From contig OZ223264.1 in the NCBI GenBank assembly GCA_965140585.1, positions 512,001-576,000 of the forward strand: 64,000 nt of DNA, written 5' to 3'. The position numbers were made by a program, and so were the translations under genes. The notes under the pieces are model-generated. The model had not been told where the DNA came from. It saw only the letters and a list, made by a program, of their open reading frames with translations, and searched no databases. The DNA is from Spirochaetia bacterium. Lineage in GTDB: Bacteria > Spirochaetota > Spirochaetia > UBA9216. Every line of letters starts with the position of its first letter. The stretch's first letter is position 1. Positions 1-10,861 of the stretch are shown here, one piece after another.

Positions 1-1
1 A

Positions 2-217
2 TTTCCAGCTGATATGCGCGATTACTCAGCTGCAGTGAAGATTCTGAAAGAGCTTGGTATAAGCAGTCTCCGTCTTCTGACGAACAATCCGGACAAGATC
101 TCCGCTATAGCCGGAAGCGGGATAGTCGTGGAGCCTCTTCCGCTAATTGTCGATTATCCGGAGACCGCCGCGGTATATATGAATACAAAGAAAGCCCTTA
201 TGGGTCATTTACTATAA
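2..217 (+). CDS. ribA: GTP cyclohydrolase II (RibA/RibBA), C-terminal part; gene starts before the window
   Basis: FPADMRDY...ILKELGI..LRLLTNNPDK...YMNTKK..MGHLL is the RibA C-terminal signature; lies directly upstream of lumazine synthase. Confidence 0.85.
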   Translation, partial: FPADMRDYSAAVKILKELGISSLRLLTNNPDKISAIAGSGIVVEPLPLIVDYPETAAVYMNTKKALMGHLL

Positions 218-237
218 ATAATCAGGGAGATAATATT

Positions 238-699
238 ATGAGAGAGATACACGGAAATTTAAACGCCGAAGGAAAGAAGATCTGCATTGTTCTGTCGAGG
301 TTCAATGATCTGATAGGCAGCAGGCTGCTGGAAGGGGCAAGAGACTGCCTTTTGAGGCACGGAATGGATGATGCAAACCTTGATCTCATCAGGGTGCCCG
401 GAGCTTTTGAGATTCCGCTTGCTTCGGAGCGAGCAGCATCTTCTGGAAGGTATGATGCTGTAATCTGTCTTGGAGCTGTAATTCGCGGTGATACTCCGCA
501 TTTTGAGCTGGTCTGTGCAGAGGTATCAAGGGGGATCGGCCGGGTTTCGGTTTCAAGCGGTGTTCCAGTTATATTCGGTGTAATAACCACTGATAATATG
601 GATCAGGCTATTGACCGCAGCGGAGGAAAAGTCGGTAATAAGGGTTGGGATGCCGCCCTTGCTGCAATAGAGATGACATCAGTGCTTGCCGCAGTCTAA
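238..699 (+). CDS. ribH: 6,7-dimethyl-8-ribityllumazine synthase
   Basis: SRFN, VPGAFEIP, CLGAVIRGDTPHFE and GNKGWDAA motifs; SD gggag upstream. Confidence 0.97.
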   Translation: MREIHGNLNAEGKKICIVLSRFNDLIGSRLLEGARDCLLRHGMDDANLDLIRVPGAFEIPLASERAASSGRYDAVICLGAVIRGDTPHFELVCAEVSRGIGRVSVSSGVPVIFGVITTDNMDQAIDRSGGKVGNKGWDAALAAIEMTSVLAAV

Positions 700-800
700 T
701 CAACTTTTAATTCGTCAAGTTCTTCCGGCTATTGAATTTATATTGTATTTTTACTACACTGCCTATCCATAATATAAATGATAATAGCCGGAACACGCAT

Positions 801-829
801 TTGCTTTCGCGTTTTCTGATGAGTATAAT
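801..829 (+). promoter_or_regulatory. sigma70-type promoter of fusA
   Basis: TTGCTT-17 nt-TATAAT, followed by SD gagagg and ATG 852. Confidence 0.65.
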
Positions 830-851
830 TACTTTGAGAGGATAATATACA

Positions 852-2936
852 ATGGCAACACTTGAAAAAATGAGGAATATCGGTATCAGTGCGCATATCG
901 ATTCTGGTAAAACCACGCTGACAGAACGTATTCTGTTTTACTGTAATAAAATTCATGCTATCCATGAAGTGCGTGGTAAAGATGGTGTCGGCGCCACAAT
1001 GGACTCGATGGAGCTGGAAAAAGAAAGAGGAATTACCATCGCCTCAGCCGCCACCAATGTTGAGTGGAAGGGACATCCTATTAACATCATCGACACTCCG
1101 GGTCACGTTGACTTTACAATTGAAGTAGAAAGGGCCCTCAGGGTTCTTGACGGAGCTATCCTTGTTCTATGTTCAGTAGGCGGTGTTCAGTCACAGTCAA
1201 TCACAGTTGACAGACAGCTTAAGAGGTACAAGGTTCCAAGACTTGCGTTTGTTAACAAATGTGACCGAACCGGAGCAAATCCGCTTAGAGTATGCGGCCA
1301 GCTTCGCGACAAACTTGGACTTAATTCTGTTATGATGCAGCTTCCCATCGGACTTGAAGAAAAGCATGAAGGTGTCGTAGACCTGATCACCATGAAGGCT
1401 GTTTACTTTGAGGGTGATGCGGGTACAGAAATCAGAATTGCCGACATTCCTGCTGATATGCAGGCTCAGGCTGAAGAATACAGAGAGACAATGCTTGATG
1501 CTGTTTCAATGTTTTCAGACGAGCTGATGGAAGCAATGATGGAAGAGGCTGTTACAGAGGAAATGATACATACCGCTGTAAGAAAGGCTACTCTTGCTAA
1601 CGAACTCTGTCCTGTTTTCCTTGGAAGTGCTTACAAGAACAAGGGTGTTCAGGCTCTGCTTGATGCTGTTATTAAATACCTTCCGGAACCAAGGGATGTT
1701 CAGAATATCGCACTTGATCTCGATAACAACGAAGAAGAGGTCAAGCTTGTAGCAGATGAAAATAAAAAGACTGTTGCTCTTGCATTCAAGCTTGAAGACG
1801 GTCAGTATGGTCAGCTTACCTATATCCGTGTTTATCAGGGCCAGGTTAAGAAGGGCTCGGAACTTTATAATACAAGAAGCAGAAAGAAGTTCAAGGTTGG
1901 ACGTCTTATCAGAATGCATTCAGATCATATGGAAGATATTAACGAAGCAGGCTGCGGAGATATAGTAGCTCTTTTCGGTATCGAATGTGCATCAGGTGAT
2001 ACATTCTGTGACCCAAGCCTGAACTACTCAATGACTTCGATGTACGTTCCGGCCCCTGTTATCTCTCTTGCTATTGAACCTGTTGATAAAAAGGCTGCCG
2101 ACAATATGGCAAAGGCCCTTAACAGGTTTACCAAGGAAGATCCGACTTTCAGAACTTATGTCGACCCTGAATCAAACCAGACTATCATCCAGGGAATGGG
2201 TGAGCTTCATCTTGATGTTTACGTTGAAAGAATGAAACGTGAATACAAGGCTGAAGTTCAGACCGGTATGCCGCAGGTTGCCTATCGTGAGGCAATAAGC
2301 AAGCATGCTGATTTTAACTATACTCACAAGAAACAGTCAGGTGGTTCCGGTCAGTACGGTCGTGTAGCAGGTTTTATGGAACCGCTTGAAGAAGGAAACT
2401 ACGAGTTTGTTAACCAGATAAAGGGTGGTTCTATTCCAACTGAATATATCCCGGCATGTGACAAGGGTTTTCAGGCCTCACTTGAGAAGGGTTCACTTAT
2501 CGGATTCCCGATTGTAGGAGTTAAGGTTACCATCAATGATGGTCAGTCCCACTCCGTCGACTCTTCAGATATGGCTTTCCAGCTTGCGGCAATCGGGGCA
2601 TTTAAGGAAGCTTATTCAAAGGCAGGCCCCCAGATTCTCGAACCTATAATGAAGGTTACAGTTGAAGGACCTACCGAGTTCCAGGGAAATATTTTCGGTT
2701 CAATCAACCAGAGACGAGGTCTTATCAGCAGTTCTGCCGAGGAAGGCGTCAACTGTACCGTTGAAGCTGAAGTCCCGATGAGTGAAATGTTCGGATATTC
2801 TACAACTTTACGTTCTCTTACACAGGGAAAAGCAGAGTACTCAATGGAATTCCTAAAGTACGGAAAGGTTCCCCAGAGCATTTCTGACGAGCTCATAAAA
2901 GAACATGAGCAGAAGAAGAAAGAACAGAACAAGTAA
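852..2936 (+). CDS. fusA: Elongation factor G, spirochaete/mitochondrial EF-G1 type
   Basis: [48 protein letters not shown]; not in an rpsL-rpsG-tuf context. Confidence 0.97.
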   Translation: MATLEKMRNIGISAHIDSGKTTLTERILFYCNKIHAIHEVRGKDGVGATMDSMELEKERGITIASAATNVEWKGHPINIIDTPGHVDFTIEVERALRVLDGAILVLCSVGGVQSQSITVDRQLKRYKVPRLAFVNKCDRTGANPLRVCGQLRDKLGLNSVMMQLPIGLEEKHEGVVDLITMKAVYFEGDAGTEIRIADIPADMQAQAEEYRETMLDAVSMFSDELMEAMMEEAVTEEMIHTAVRKATLANELCPVFLGSAYKNKGVQALLDAVIKYLPEPRDVQNIALDLDNNEEEVKLVADENKKTVALAFKLEDGQYGQLTYIRVYQGQVKKGSELYNTRSRKKFKVGRLIRMHSDHMEDINEAGCGDIVALFGIECASGDTFCDPSLNYSMTSMYVPAPVISLAIEPVDKKAADNMAKALNRFTKEDPTFRTYVDPESNQTIIQGMGELHLDVYVERMKREYKAEVQTGMPQVAYREAISKHADFNYTHKKQSGGSGQYGRVAGFMEPLEEGNYEFVNQIKGGSIPTEYIPACDKGFQASLEKGSLIGFPIVGVKVTINDGQSHSVDSSDMAFQLAAIGAFKEAYSKAGPQILEPIMKVTVEGPTEFQGNIFGSINQRRGLISSSAEEGVNCTVEAEVPMSEMFGYSTTLRSLTQGKAEYSMEFLKYGKVPQSISDELIKEHEQKKKEQNK

Positions 2937-2951
2937 GGAGATTGGGAATAA

Positions 2952-3659
2952 ATGATTAAATCAGAGCTCAATAAAAGAAGCCCGCTTAGAATTTTTGAAA
3001 ACTCAATAAAGGGCGGACTCGGAAAAGGTAATATCGGAGTTCTTGCTTCGAAAAAAGGTGTTGGAAAAACAGCATGCCTTGTACACATCGCCATGGATAA
3101 ACTTTTCAGAGGCCGTCATGTTATACACGTGTCATTTTCTTCCAAGGTTGATCATATTGCTGAATGGTATGAGGATATCTTCAAGGAAATAGCAAAGAAA
3201 AGAGAACTTGATGATTCTGTAGAAGTGCACAATGAAATAATCAAGAACCGGGTTATCATGAATTTCAGTCAGGAAGGTCTTGAAACAGCCAAGATTCTGG
3301 CAAGTGTTACTGCCATGATAGAGCAGGGACACTTTGCTGCTGATGCGGTAATGATAGACGGGTATGATTATTCAAAGGCTTCAGATGAGGACATTGCAGC
3401 ACTCAACAAGTTTGCAAAAGACACAAACCTTGAAATCTGGACAAGTGTATCGCTTCAGAAGGATGCTCCCTATGATGACAACGGAATACCGGTAATTCTT
3501 GATGACTACCTTGAAAATATTGCTGTTGTTATAACTCTGCAGTATGAGGGTGAATATGTTCACCTCAAAGTAGTTAAGGATCATGAAGAGATTTCTCCCA
3601 AGGAGATGTCTATTAAACTGGACCCGAAAACACTCCTGATTGCAGAGATGCAGGATTAA
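2952..3659 (+). CDS. Conserved hypothetical RecA/KaiC-like P-loop ATPase
   Basis: GGLGKGNIGVLASKKGVGKT Walker A-like and AVMIDG Walker B-like motifs; SD aaggag overlaps the fusA stop. Confidence 0.7.
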   Translation: MIKSELNKRSPLRIFENSIKGGLGKGNIGVLASKKGVGKTACLVHIAMDKLFRGRHVIHVSFSSKVDHIAEWYEDIFKEIAKKRELDDSVEVHNEIIKNRVIMNFSQEGLETAKILASVTAMIEQGHFAADAVMIDGYDYSKASDEDIAALNKFAKDTNLEIWTSVSLQKDAPYDDNGIPVILDDYLENIAVVITLQYEGEYVHLKVVKDHEEISPKEMSIKLDPKTLLIAEMQD

Positions 3660-3671
3660 TTTTCTAATTAC

Positions 3672-3702
3672 GGGCTGATCTTTTCGAAGTCAGCCCTTTT
3701 TT
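3672..3702 (+). terminator. Rho-independent terminator after the fusA-ATPase operon
   Basis: gggctga...tcagccc stem followed by a T6 run. Confidence 0.8.
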
Positions 3703-3729
3703 ATCCTTCTTTTTCAAAGAAAACATTGC

Positions 3730-3758
3730 TTGAATTACTCTCGTAACTATCTTATAAT
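3730..3758 (+). promoter_or_regulatory. sigma70-type promoter of the MCP gene
   Basis: TTGAAT-17 nt-TATAAT. Confidence 0.55.
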
Positions 3759-3829
3759 CAACACTCAAAACTTATATTAATATCCATAATAATATTTAGT
3801 TACATCTTTTGTGCTTTCGGAGGGTAATT

Positions 3830-5851
3830 GTGCGAATTAGAAAGAAGTTAAATTTACTTGCTATAGGTGTTATAGGGACTCTTTTTATTGGAGTTATTGC
3901 TTTCGGACTGACCCTGGCTCCGACAATCCTGATGAGAACTGAAAAAGATAATCTGATGGTGCTCGATACTTCCATCTCAGAATTACGAGCGGAAGTTAAT
4001 AAGTTGGCCAATGCTCAGCTTGCATCCCAACGCGACGTTATTATAGCTGATCATGAACAACTTACAAAGAATTTTGAAATGCTGGATAATGTAGAAGCAC
4101 TCAGCAAAGATGAAGATATTGCAGAATCAATACAGATTATGAAGAGATTGTATACACTGTATTCCGGCAATTATTTTGATTTGATAAGCAACATTACCAA
4201 TCTTGGCCAGGAGGCTGAGGCAATATTTTTTACCGATAACGTAAAAATTGACACATTCAGGGAATCTACACTGGTACAGAATTCAGGAAAAGAGAATATC
4301 ATCTATTCCAAGGTTAAATCTCTTCTGTCGGTTATTACCATTCTTGATTCAAATCTTACTTCAACACACATGGTGGTAACCGAACAGTTTGAGCTTATGA
4401 ACGATTTGATCAATAAAAAAGAGCTGAACGCGTACATAATCGGTGTGGGAATAATTGTAGTGATCGGCATAGCTGCATTTATTGCTGTCTTTTTTATAAC
4501 CGGATTGATAGTAAGATCCATCAGTGCTGCTCATAAAGGAATTGAGCTCATGAGTTCGGGTGATCTTTCCATTAATTTTGATATAAAGAGCAAAGATGAG
4601 ATTCAGTCTCTCGGAGAGAATCTCAATACCCTGACAGATAAACTGAAGAATGTATTTTCGTCAATGAAGTCCGGTGCAAAAGACGGTGTTGAACTTCAGG
4701 AAGAGCTAATTACTTCAACCAACCAGACCTCAGCTGCGGCTCAGGAGATTGCCTCAAACAGTGAGTCAATCAGAAAGCAGTTCAACAGCCTTGCTGAGCT
4801 TGCATCAGGGGCTCAGGAAGCGTCAGAAATAATGAAAAGAACTTTGGGTATGCTCAGTGATTTTATAGGTGAGCAGAAATCGATGGTAGAAGAGTCTACT
4901 ACTGCGGTAACCCAGATGATAAGTTCGATCAATAATGTTACCGAGATAACCCAGAAAAAGAAAAGTGCTACAGACATTCTTGTTAAGACTGCCGAATCCG
5001 GCGGTGCCAAGCTTGATACAACTACATCAATAATTAATGATATCACATCGAATCTTGATGAGATCAAGGGTACAGCCTCTATCATACAGCAGATAGCAAG
5101 TCAGACCAATCTTCTGGCAATGAATGCTGCCATTGAGGCTGCGCATGCAGGTGAGGCCGGACGCGGATTCGCCGTAGTAGCCGATGAAATCAGAAAACTT
5201 GCGGAAGCTTCCTCGATGAACTCAAAACAGATAAGCGGGGTTCTGAAAGAGGTCGTTGAGAGAATCGAAATGGCTTCATCGGCAGGCTCTGAAACACAGC
5301 TTGCATTCAATGCCATTGATACCGAGGTTAAGGGGGTTTCCCAGTCTCTGGAAGAGATTTCAATGAGCATGGAGGAACTCAGTATCGGCGGCAAGCAGAT
5401 TCTTCAGTCGATGACCGGTCTTCAGGAAGTTTCATTCAAGGTAGACGGCGGGAATTCTGAGATGGATCAGGCTTCTGTTAAAGTATCAGATGCTATCTCT
5501 ACTGTTTCGAGGGTTACATCCGAGGTCGCAAACAGTGCTGCTGAGATAACTGCCGGCATTAAGGAAATCAGTTCATCAATGCTGCTGCTCTCTGATCTTG
5601 CCGAAAAACTCGGTGAAATCACTGATCTGCTTGAAACCGAGGCCAGTCAGTATAAAACTGAAGCTGCGGCTGAAACACCCGTTGCAGATGATTCTGCTGT
5701 AAAAACTGATGATGAAGCAGTCAGAACCTATGCAGAGTCATTTGAAGGCGGACTCAGCAGTACAAAGGAAAGCTCCAGTCCGGAACTATCCGATGCAACG
5801 ACTGTTACCCTTGCTGATGAGCAGGAAGATTCAAATATAGAGGAGTTGTGA
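3830..5851 (+). CDS. Methyl-accepting chemotaxis protein (2 TM, periplasmic sensor, HAMP, signalling domain, acidic tail)
   Basis: [38 protein letters not shown]; [16 protein letters not shown]; GTG start at 3830 after ggagg. Confidence 0.95.
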   Translation: MRIRKKLNLLAIGVIGTLFIGVIAFGLTLAPTILMRTEKDNLMVLDTSISELRAEVNKLANAQLASQRDVIIADHEQLTKNFEMLDNVEALSKDEDIAESIQIMKRLYTLYSGNYFDLISNITNLGQEAEAIFFTDNVKIDTFRESTLVQNSGKENIIYSKVKSLLSVITILDSNLTSTHMVVTEQFELMNDLINKKELNAYIIGVGIIVVIGIAAFIAVFFITGLIVRSISAAHKGIELMSSGDLSINFDIKSKDEIQSLGENLNTLTDKLKNVFSSMKSGAKDGVELQEELITSTNQTSAAAQEIASNSESIRKQFNSLAELASGAQEASEIMKRTLGMLSDFIGEQKSMVEESTTAVTQMISSINNVTEITQKKKSATDILVKTAESGGAKLDTTTSIINDITSNLDEIKGTASIIQQIASQTNLLAMNAAIEAAHAGEAGRGFAVVADEIRKLAEASSMNSKQISGVLKEVVERIEMASSAGSETQLAFNAIDTEVKGVSQSLEEISMSMEELSIGGKQILQSMTGLQEVSFKVDGGNSEMDQASVKVSDAISTVSRVTSEVANSAAEITAGIKEISSSMLLLSDLAEKLGEITDLLETEASQYKTEAAAETPVADDSAVKTDDEAVRTYAESFEGGLSSTKESSSPELSDATTVTLADEQEDSNIEEL

Positions 5852-5893
5852 GAGAACTTTGAACTCCGTTTGTTATAGTTACTAACTAACTGT

Positions 5894-6014
5894 AAAATCA
5901 AAAGTTGGTGACTTTTGATTTTGCTTCCTTATATGTAAATGAAAGATTTTGTAATTAAAGTTACAAAATCTTTCAGAGAAACAAATATACCCAGCCGGGT
6001 TATATTTGTATCTC
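5894..6014. repeat. Three consecutive inverted repeats between the convergent MCP and nth genes
   Basis: aaaatcaaaagt/acttttgatttt (5894-5922, perfect 12 bp); tgaaagattttgtaa/ttacaaaatctttca (5940-5975, perfect 15 bp); gaga-acaaatata-ccc/ggg-tatatttgt-tctc (5976-6014, imperfect). Confidence 0.8.
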
Positions 6015-6017
6015 CGG

Positions 6018-6674
6018 TTACCGGCTTTTTTTTACATCTATTCTTTTACAGTAATCCGTAATTACACATTCCGAGCATTTGGGTGATAAGGGGGTGCAGG
6101 TCCGCTGTCCGTAGCTGACAAGCATTTCATTAAGGGGGATCCAGTATTTTTCGGGCAAAACCTTTTCCAGTGCTAATTCCGTATCATCCGGATTTTTTGT
6201 ATTAACCCATCCGGCTCTGTTGGATATACGGTGTACGTGGGTATCTACACATATTGCATTGATTCCGAAGCCCAGATTAAGCGTGAGGTTCGCCGTCTTG
6301 CGTCCGACTCCCGGTAGTTTAAGGAGTTCATCCCTGTCTGAAGGTATTTTGCCGTCGTGTTCATTAATTATAATTGTGCAGCATTTCTTTATACTCGAAG
6401 CCTTGTTCCGGTAGAAAGCTGCAGGATAAATCAGCTCCTCGATCCTTTCCTCGTCAAGGCTGCTGAGTGTGTATATGTCAGGGGCTTCTGCGAAAAGTCT
6501 CTCTGAAGCTGCAAGTGTAACTTCGTCACGGGTTCTCAAAGACAATATGGTTGAAAACAGAACCCGGTAGGGGTCGGAATCAGCTTCCGCAATCGCAGAT
6601 ATTGAAGGAAGTATATCGTTTTGAATGTGCTTTCGAAGAAGCTTGAAAACGGACTCCCAGTCCCCTGCGTTCAA
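6018..6674 (-). CDS. nth: Endonuclease III (HhH-GPD glycosylase with 4Fe-4S cluster)
   Basis: LPGVGRKTAN, VDTHVHRISNR, C-x6-C-x2-C-x5-C. Confidence 0.93.
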   Translation of the reverse strand: MNAGDWESVFKLLRKHIQNDILPSISAIAEADSDPYRVLFSTILSLRTRDEVTLAASERLFAEAPDIYTLSSLDEERIEELIYPAAFYRNKASSIKKCCTIIINEHDGKIPSDRDELLKLPGVGRKTANLTLNLGFGINAICVDTHVHRISNRAGWVNTKNPDDTELALEKVLPEKYWIPLNEMLVSYGQRTCTPLSPKCSECVITDYCKRIDVKKSR

Positions 6675-7147
6675 TTTGCATCTCCAAGAAGCACAACAGC
6701 AATGGCTTCGACTGCTCTGCCTTCACCCGCAGCATTAACTTTTTCACTGGTTTTAGCTTTGACTGAAATATCACCTGCCGGTATTCCCGCGGTTTCGGCA
6801 ATATTACTGATAATTTCGGAGATATGAGGCTTGAGTTTAGGCTGTTCGAGAATTACTGTTGTATCAAGATTAATAATTCGATAGCCTTTTCGGGAAACAA
6901 GCTCAGTAGTATGTTTTAGAAGGTCCATGCTGTCGGCATTCTTCCATTCATCAGATGTGTCGGGGAAATGGCTGCCAATGTCTCCCAGAGCTGCGGCTCC
7001 GAGTACGGCATCTATAATTGCGTGAATCAGAACATCTCCGTCTGAATGGGCAATACAGCCCTTATCGAAGGGGATGTCGACGCCGCCGATTATCAGCTTT
7101 CTACCTGGTTCAAGCCTGTGTAAATCCCAACCCTGTCCTATTCTCAT
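6671..7147 (-). CDS. ispF: 2-C-methyl-D-erythritol 2,4-cyclodiphosphate synthase
   Basis: MRIGQGWDLH, HSDGDVLIHAIIDA, DIGSHFPD, KAKTSE. Confidence 0.97.
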   Translation of the reverse strand: MRIGQGWDLHRLEPGRKLIIGGVDIPFDKGCIAHSDGDVLIHAIIDAVLGAAALGDIGSHFPDTSDEWKNADSMDLLKHTTELVSRKGYRIINLDTTVILEQPKLKPHISEIISNIAETAGIPAGDISVKAKTSEKVNAAGEGRAVEAIAVVLLGDAN

Positions 7148-7862
7148 CTGTTACCTCAATATCCGACATATAGGTTATTTTTCTGTTGCTTAAGTCTCCG
7201 TCAACTGTGAAAACCCGGGACTGATACCTATCGTATATTTCCGTGTCATCAATATAGCTGAAACCGTCATTCTGGGCTTTTGAATGGGCAGAGACGATCT
7301 GACCGAAATTAAAGCCCTGTGGTGTCTGTATGCCGACTGTTTCCTGTCTTCGCAGATGATGCTCAATAAAACCGTCATGACTAATCTGCTTCATTGCATC
7401 GATGGAAGGAATGACCGGTGCACAGGCTCCGTGCTTGTAGGCCCCTTCGGCGACCTTGACGACTGTCTCAGCGCTTATCCAGGGTCTGGCTCCGTCATGG
7501 ATAAGGATAATTCCCTTCTCGTAGTCAAAGCCTTCATCATGCAGAGCCTTCAAGCCGTTGAATACAGAAGCCTGTCGTTCTCCGCCGCCTTCGCAGTAGA
7601 TTAGTTTATGTTTAAGCTGATTAAGTAAGTCCGATGCAGGCTTAAGTGCTTCCCGCGTTTTTTCCAGAGTACCTTCGGCATAGGTGATGAGCCCATAACT
7701 GAAGAGTCCGGTTGATAAAAATGTCGAGACTGACTTAGCAAGTACGGTGGAGCCGTTAAGTGGAAGAAATTCCTTTTTAACTCTCCCGCCCATACGGGTG
7801 CCGCTGCCCGCAGCTGTAATTATAAAAGCTGCAGGCGGGAAGTCTTCCGGAATTCGGCTCAT
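7110..7862 (-). CDS. ispD: 2-C-methyl-D-erythritol 4-phosphate cytidylyltransferase
   Basis: AAGSGTRMG, GGGERQASV, IHDGARP, QTPQGF, NRKITY. Confidence 0.95.
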   Translation of the reverse strand: MSRIPEDFPPAAFIITAAGSGTRMGGRVKKEFLPLNGSTVLAKSVSTFLSTGLFSYGLITYAEGTLEKTREALKPASDLLNQLKHKLIYCEGGGERQASVFNGLKALHDEGFDYEKGIILIHDGARPWISAETVVKVAEGAYKHGACAPVIPSIDAMKQISHDGFIEHHLRRQETVGIQTPQGFNFGQIVSAHSKAQNDGFSYIDDTEIYDRYQSRVFTVDGDLSNRKITYMSDIEVTDENRTGLGFTQA

Positions 7863-8371
7863 TCCTCTATTTCGAGTTTGCTGAAGATAAGCTGTTCAAC
7901 TTCCGGCTTGGTTTTTCCAAGTGAAAAGGAAATTTCATCAACAAGCAGTTTCAGTGCATTGTCGAAGAGTTTTCTTTCAAGAATTGGAAGTTCCTTGACT
8001 TTACTCCGGTGATAGAGGGTTCTGACAACAGTGGCTATGTCGGTTACGCTCCCGCTTTTTAGCAGGTCAAGGTTCATCTGATAGCGCATTTTCCAGTCTG
8101 CTGTAACCGGTTCATACTCTTCTGAGATGAGTTTAAGCGCTTTCTTGGATTCTTCCTTATCGACGATTGCCCTGATTCCGAGTTCCTCAGCCTTGTCGGT
8201 CGGAACCATTATTGTCATGTCAGACACTTCAAGATAGATGATGTAGTAAAGCACATCGTTGTTTTTGAACTTTTTAGTTTCAATACTTATGATCTTTCCG
8301 ACACCCTGAAGAGGGTATACTACTTCCTGATTGACCTTGAAGGTCGTTGCATTGCTATCTGTTTTGGCCAT
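7859..8371 (-). CDS. carD: CarD family transcriptional regulator
   Basis: FKVNQEVVYPLQGVGKI, IMVP..LGIR, WKMRY; classic carD-ispD-ispF order. Confidence 0.9.
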   Translation of the reverse strand: MAKTDSNATTFKVNQEVVYPLQGVGKIISIETKKFKNNDVLYYIIYLEVSDMTIMVPTDKAEELGIRAIVDKEESKKALKLISEEYEPVTADWKMRYQMNLDLLKSGSVTDIATVVRTLYHRSKVKELPILERKLFDNALKLLVDEISFSLGKTKPEVEQLIFSKLEIEE

Positions 8372-8378
8372 ATCTATT

Positions 8379-8407
8379 ATTATACCTGAAAAGTCTGTGA
8401 GAGTAAA
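8379..8407 (-). promoter_or_regulatory. Promoter of the carD operon, apparently leaderless
   Basis: TTTACT-17 nt-TATAAT, 7 nt before ATG 8371; no SD. Confidence 0.6.
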
Positions 8408-8450
8408 TATCTGTACATGATCTTGCTGGTAATGAAGGCTTATATGTGTG

Positions 8451-10052
8451 TTAAAAAGATATCAAATGTATAGAATTTTCTGTTTCAGTGTTATCAACAA
8501 CTCCCTCCGGCATCTGCGGTTCCTTGAGCCTGAAATACCTGAACGGATGTATGTCCAGAACATTCGGATACCAGCCTTCAAGACTGTCCAGATCGACAAG
8601 GTTGAAGGCAGGATAATTTTCAAGCGGCAGAACAAGGGCTGTCTCCAGCAGTATCGATTCTGCCTCGGCAAGGGTTTTGTACCTCTGTGCCGGGGCCTCG
8701 GTTTCCGCCCTTGCTATCAACCTGTCATATTCAGGATCTGCAAAACCGGAATCGTTTAGATTGCTGTTGCTTGTCCACATCTGCAGAAATGTGAGAGGGT
8801 CCGCAAAGTCACCGATCCAGGTTGTGGTTCCAAGAGAGTAATCATTCAGCTTTAGTGAGTTGTAGTAGTCGGGGTAGGGGCGAACCTCGATCTGAACCGT
8901 TACATCAAGGTATTTCTCCCAGGTCTCTTTCATGATCTGTCCTATATATGAGGGAAGGTTACCGTTGGGAACCCTGACTGTTATATTTCCAATTCCTTTT
9001 CCCTTTGTGTATCCGGCCGAATGAAGCAGTCCAAGGGCCTCTTTAAAATCTCTTCTATCGATGCCTTCAACTGCGGGGTATCCGGGAATTGCCGGAATCA
9101 GTGTTGCTGTAGGCAGAAAGTAGTTGTTAGAATTACGGATTCCTTCCCAGGGAAGTATAAGCGCAAGGGCCCTCCTCACGTCACCGTTTTTCAGTGCGTC
9201 ATTTGAAGTGTTGAAGAAGAAGTAGGATGTTGCAAAAAGAGGATTGGATACAAGTTTGTCGCTGTCTTCCACCATAGACAGATAGACACCATCAGGAGCC
9301 CACTGTATTTCCCCCTTGTTGAAACGCTCGGCGGCCAGCTGGGGATCATCAATAAATGAGATGCTGATTGTATCCGTGTCAATGTTGCTCTGATCCCAGT
9401 AAAGGATGTTCTTTTTGAGAGTTATATGTGATTCATCGGCCTTTGTTATATAAAATGGCCCGTTTCCGAGTGTGGATGGGCCGGTCTTCCATTTACCGTT
9501 TTCAAGATTAAGCGGATGAACCGGAGAAAAACTGTGGTGACAGAGAATTTTTAAAAAGTATTCCGCCGGCTCCCTCAGTTTTACTTCAAGAATATAGTCG
9601 GATATAACCTTTATTCCTACAGTGCGGCGGTCTTCGTTCTTCCCCGTTCTGAAGTCGAGGGCTCCTTCTATTATGTCAAGAAGAAAAGAGTACTCCGCAT
9701 TCTCATCAGGAGACAGCAGGCGGAACCACGCCTCTGAGAAGTTTGTTGCTTTGACCGGATCTCCGTTCCAGAAGTGTCCCTCCGGTCTTAAAAAGAAGGT
9801 GTATGTTTTTCCGTCAGGTGAAACAACCCAGCGTTCAGCTGCCGCTGCCACAGGTTCGAGAGTGAGCGGATGGTAGCTTACCAGTCCTTCGTAAACAGCT
9901 GTGAAAAGCTGTGCCTCGGTAGTTGTAAAAGCATGCGCAGGATCCAGTCCGTATTCGGATGATGAATAGCACACAGTAATCTTTGCTTCTTCCGCCATTA
10001 CAGAAAGTGGAAGTATCATTAATATCAGCAACAGGTACAGACGTCTGGTCAT
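8451..10052 (-). CDS. Oligopeptide ABC transporter substrate-binding protein (OppA/family 5)
   Basis: Signal peptide; YEGLV, AERWVVSPDGKTYTFFLR, GNGPF, VRRALAL, WIGDFADPLTFL. Confidence 0.9.
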   Translation of the reverse strand: MTRRLYLLLILMILPLSVMAEEAKITVCYSSSEYGLDPAHAFTTTEAQLFTAVYEGLVSYHPLTLEPVAAAAERWVVSPDGKTYTFFLRPEGHFWNGDPVKATNFSEAWFRLLSPDENAEYSFLLDIIEGALDFRTGKNEDRRTVGIKVISDYILEVKLREPAEYFLKILCHHSFSPVHPLNLENGKWKTGPSTLGNGPFYITKADESHITLKKNILYWDQSNIDTDTISISFIDDPQLAAERFNKGEIQWAPDGVYLSMVEDSDKLVSNPLFATSYFFFNTSNDALKNGDVRRALALILPWEGIRNSNNYFLPTATLIPAIPGYPAVEGIDRRDFKEALGLLHSAGYTKGKGIGNITVRVPNGNLPSYIGQIMKETWEKYLDVTVQIEVRPYPDYYNSLKLNDYSLGTTTWIGDFADPLTFLQMWTSNSNLNDSGFADPEYDRLIARAETEAPAQRYKTLAEAESILLETALVLPLENYPAFNLVDLDSLEGWYPNVLDIHPFRYFRLKEPQMPEGVVDNTETENSIHLISF

Positions 10053-10117
10053 ATAAGCCTTTCTTCTTTATAGTTTACGGAGCTTCATGCAAAACCCGGT
10101 TAGTTCTGAAACAGCCT

Positions 10118-10861
10118 CTATAGAATATGTCTGAGAAAGTTTTTAGTTCTTTCTTCAGAAGGCGAATCGAAGACCTGTTCAGGAGACCCTGTTTCAATGA
10201 TCTCACCGTCGTCCATAAAAACCACCCGATCCGCCGCCGCCCTTGCAAATCCCATCTCATGTGAAACAACCATCATGGTCATTCCGTCCCTGGCAAGATC
10301 CAGCATAACATCAAGTACTTCTTTAATCATTTCAGGATCGAGTGCGCTGGTGGGTTCGTCAAAAAGCATCACCCTGGGATTCATAGCCAGCGCCCGGGCA
10401 ATTGCAACACGCTGCTGCTGTCCTCCGGAAAGCTGCTGCGGGTATGCGTTCTCCTTCTCCGCCAGTCCGACCCTTGAAAGAAGTCTTCGGGCGGTCTCAT
10501 CCGCCTCGTTTTTGGTCATTTTTTTTACTGTTTTAAGCGCAAGTGTAATGTTCTCAAGTGCAGTTATATGGCTGAAAAGGTTGAAGTTCTGGAAAACCAT
10601 TCCTACTTCCTCCCTGATCTTGCGAATGTCGGATTTAGTGTCGGTAACACAGTCGTCATCAACCCAGATTTCACCCGAAGTGAGGATTTCAAGGCGGTTC
10701 ACGCAGCGGAGCATTGTGCTTTTTCCGCTTCCTGAGGGTCCGATTACCAGTACCACCTCACCTGGTTTAACGTCAAGGCTGGCGTTTCTAAGCGCCTGTA
10801 TATCGCCGAAGTGTTTGCTGGCATCTTTTATCCGGATTCTGTATTCCGCCATTTCGATCAT
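10118..10861 (-). CDS. Polar amino acid ABC transporter ATP-binding protein (GlnQ family); start may be 10852
   Basis: [44 protein letters not shown]. Confidence 0.93.
   Translation of the reverse strand: MIEMAEYRIRIKDASKHFGDIQALRNASLDVKPGEVVLVIGPSGSGKSTMLRCVNRLEILTSGEIWVDDDCVTDTKSDIRKIREEVGMVFQNFNLFSHITALENITLALKTVKKMTKNEADETARRLLSRVGLAEKENAYPQQLSGGQQQRVAIARALAMNPRVMLFDEPTSALDPEMIKEVLDVMLDLARDGMTMMVVSHEMGFARAAADRVVFMDDGEIIETGSPEQVFDSPSEERTKNFLRHIL

Noticed and set aside
5852-6017. CRISPR array or tRNA in the hairpin region
   Set aside because: No direct repeat-spacer periodicity, no cloverleaf or T-loop motif, and no cas genes
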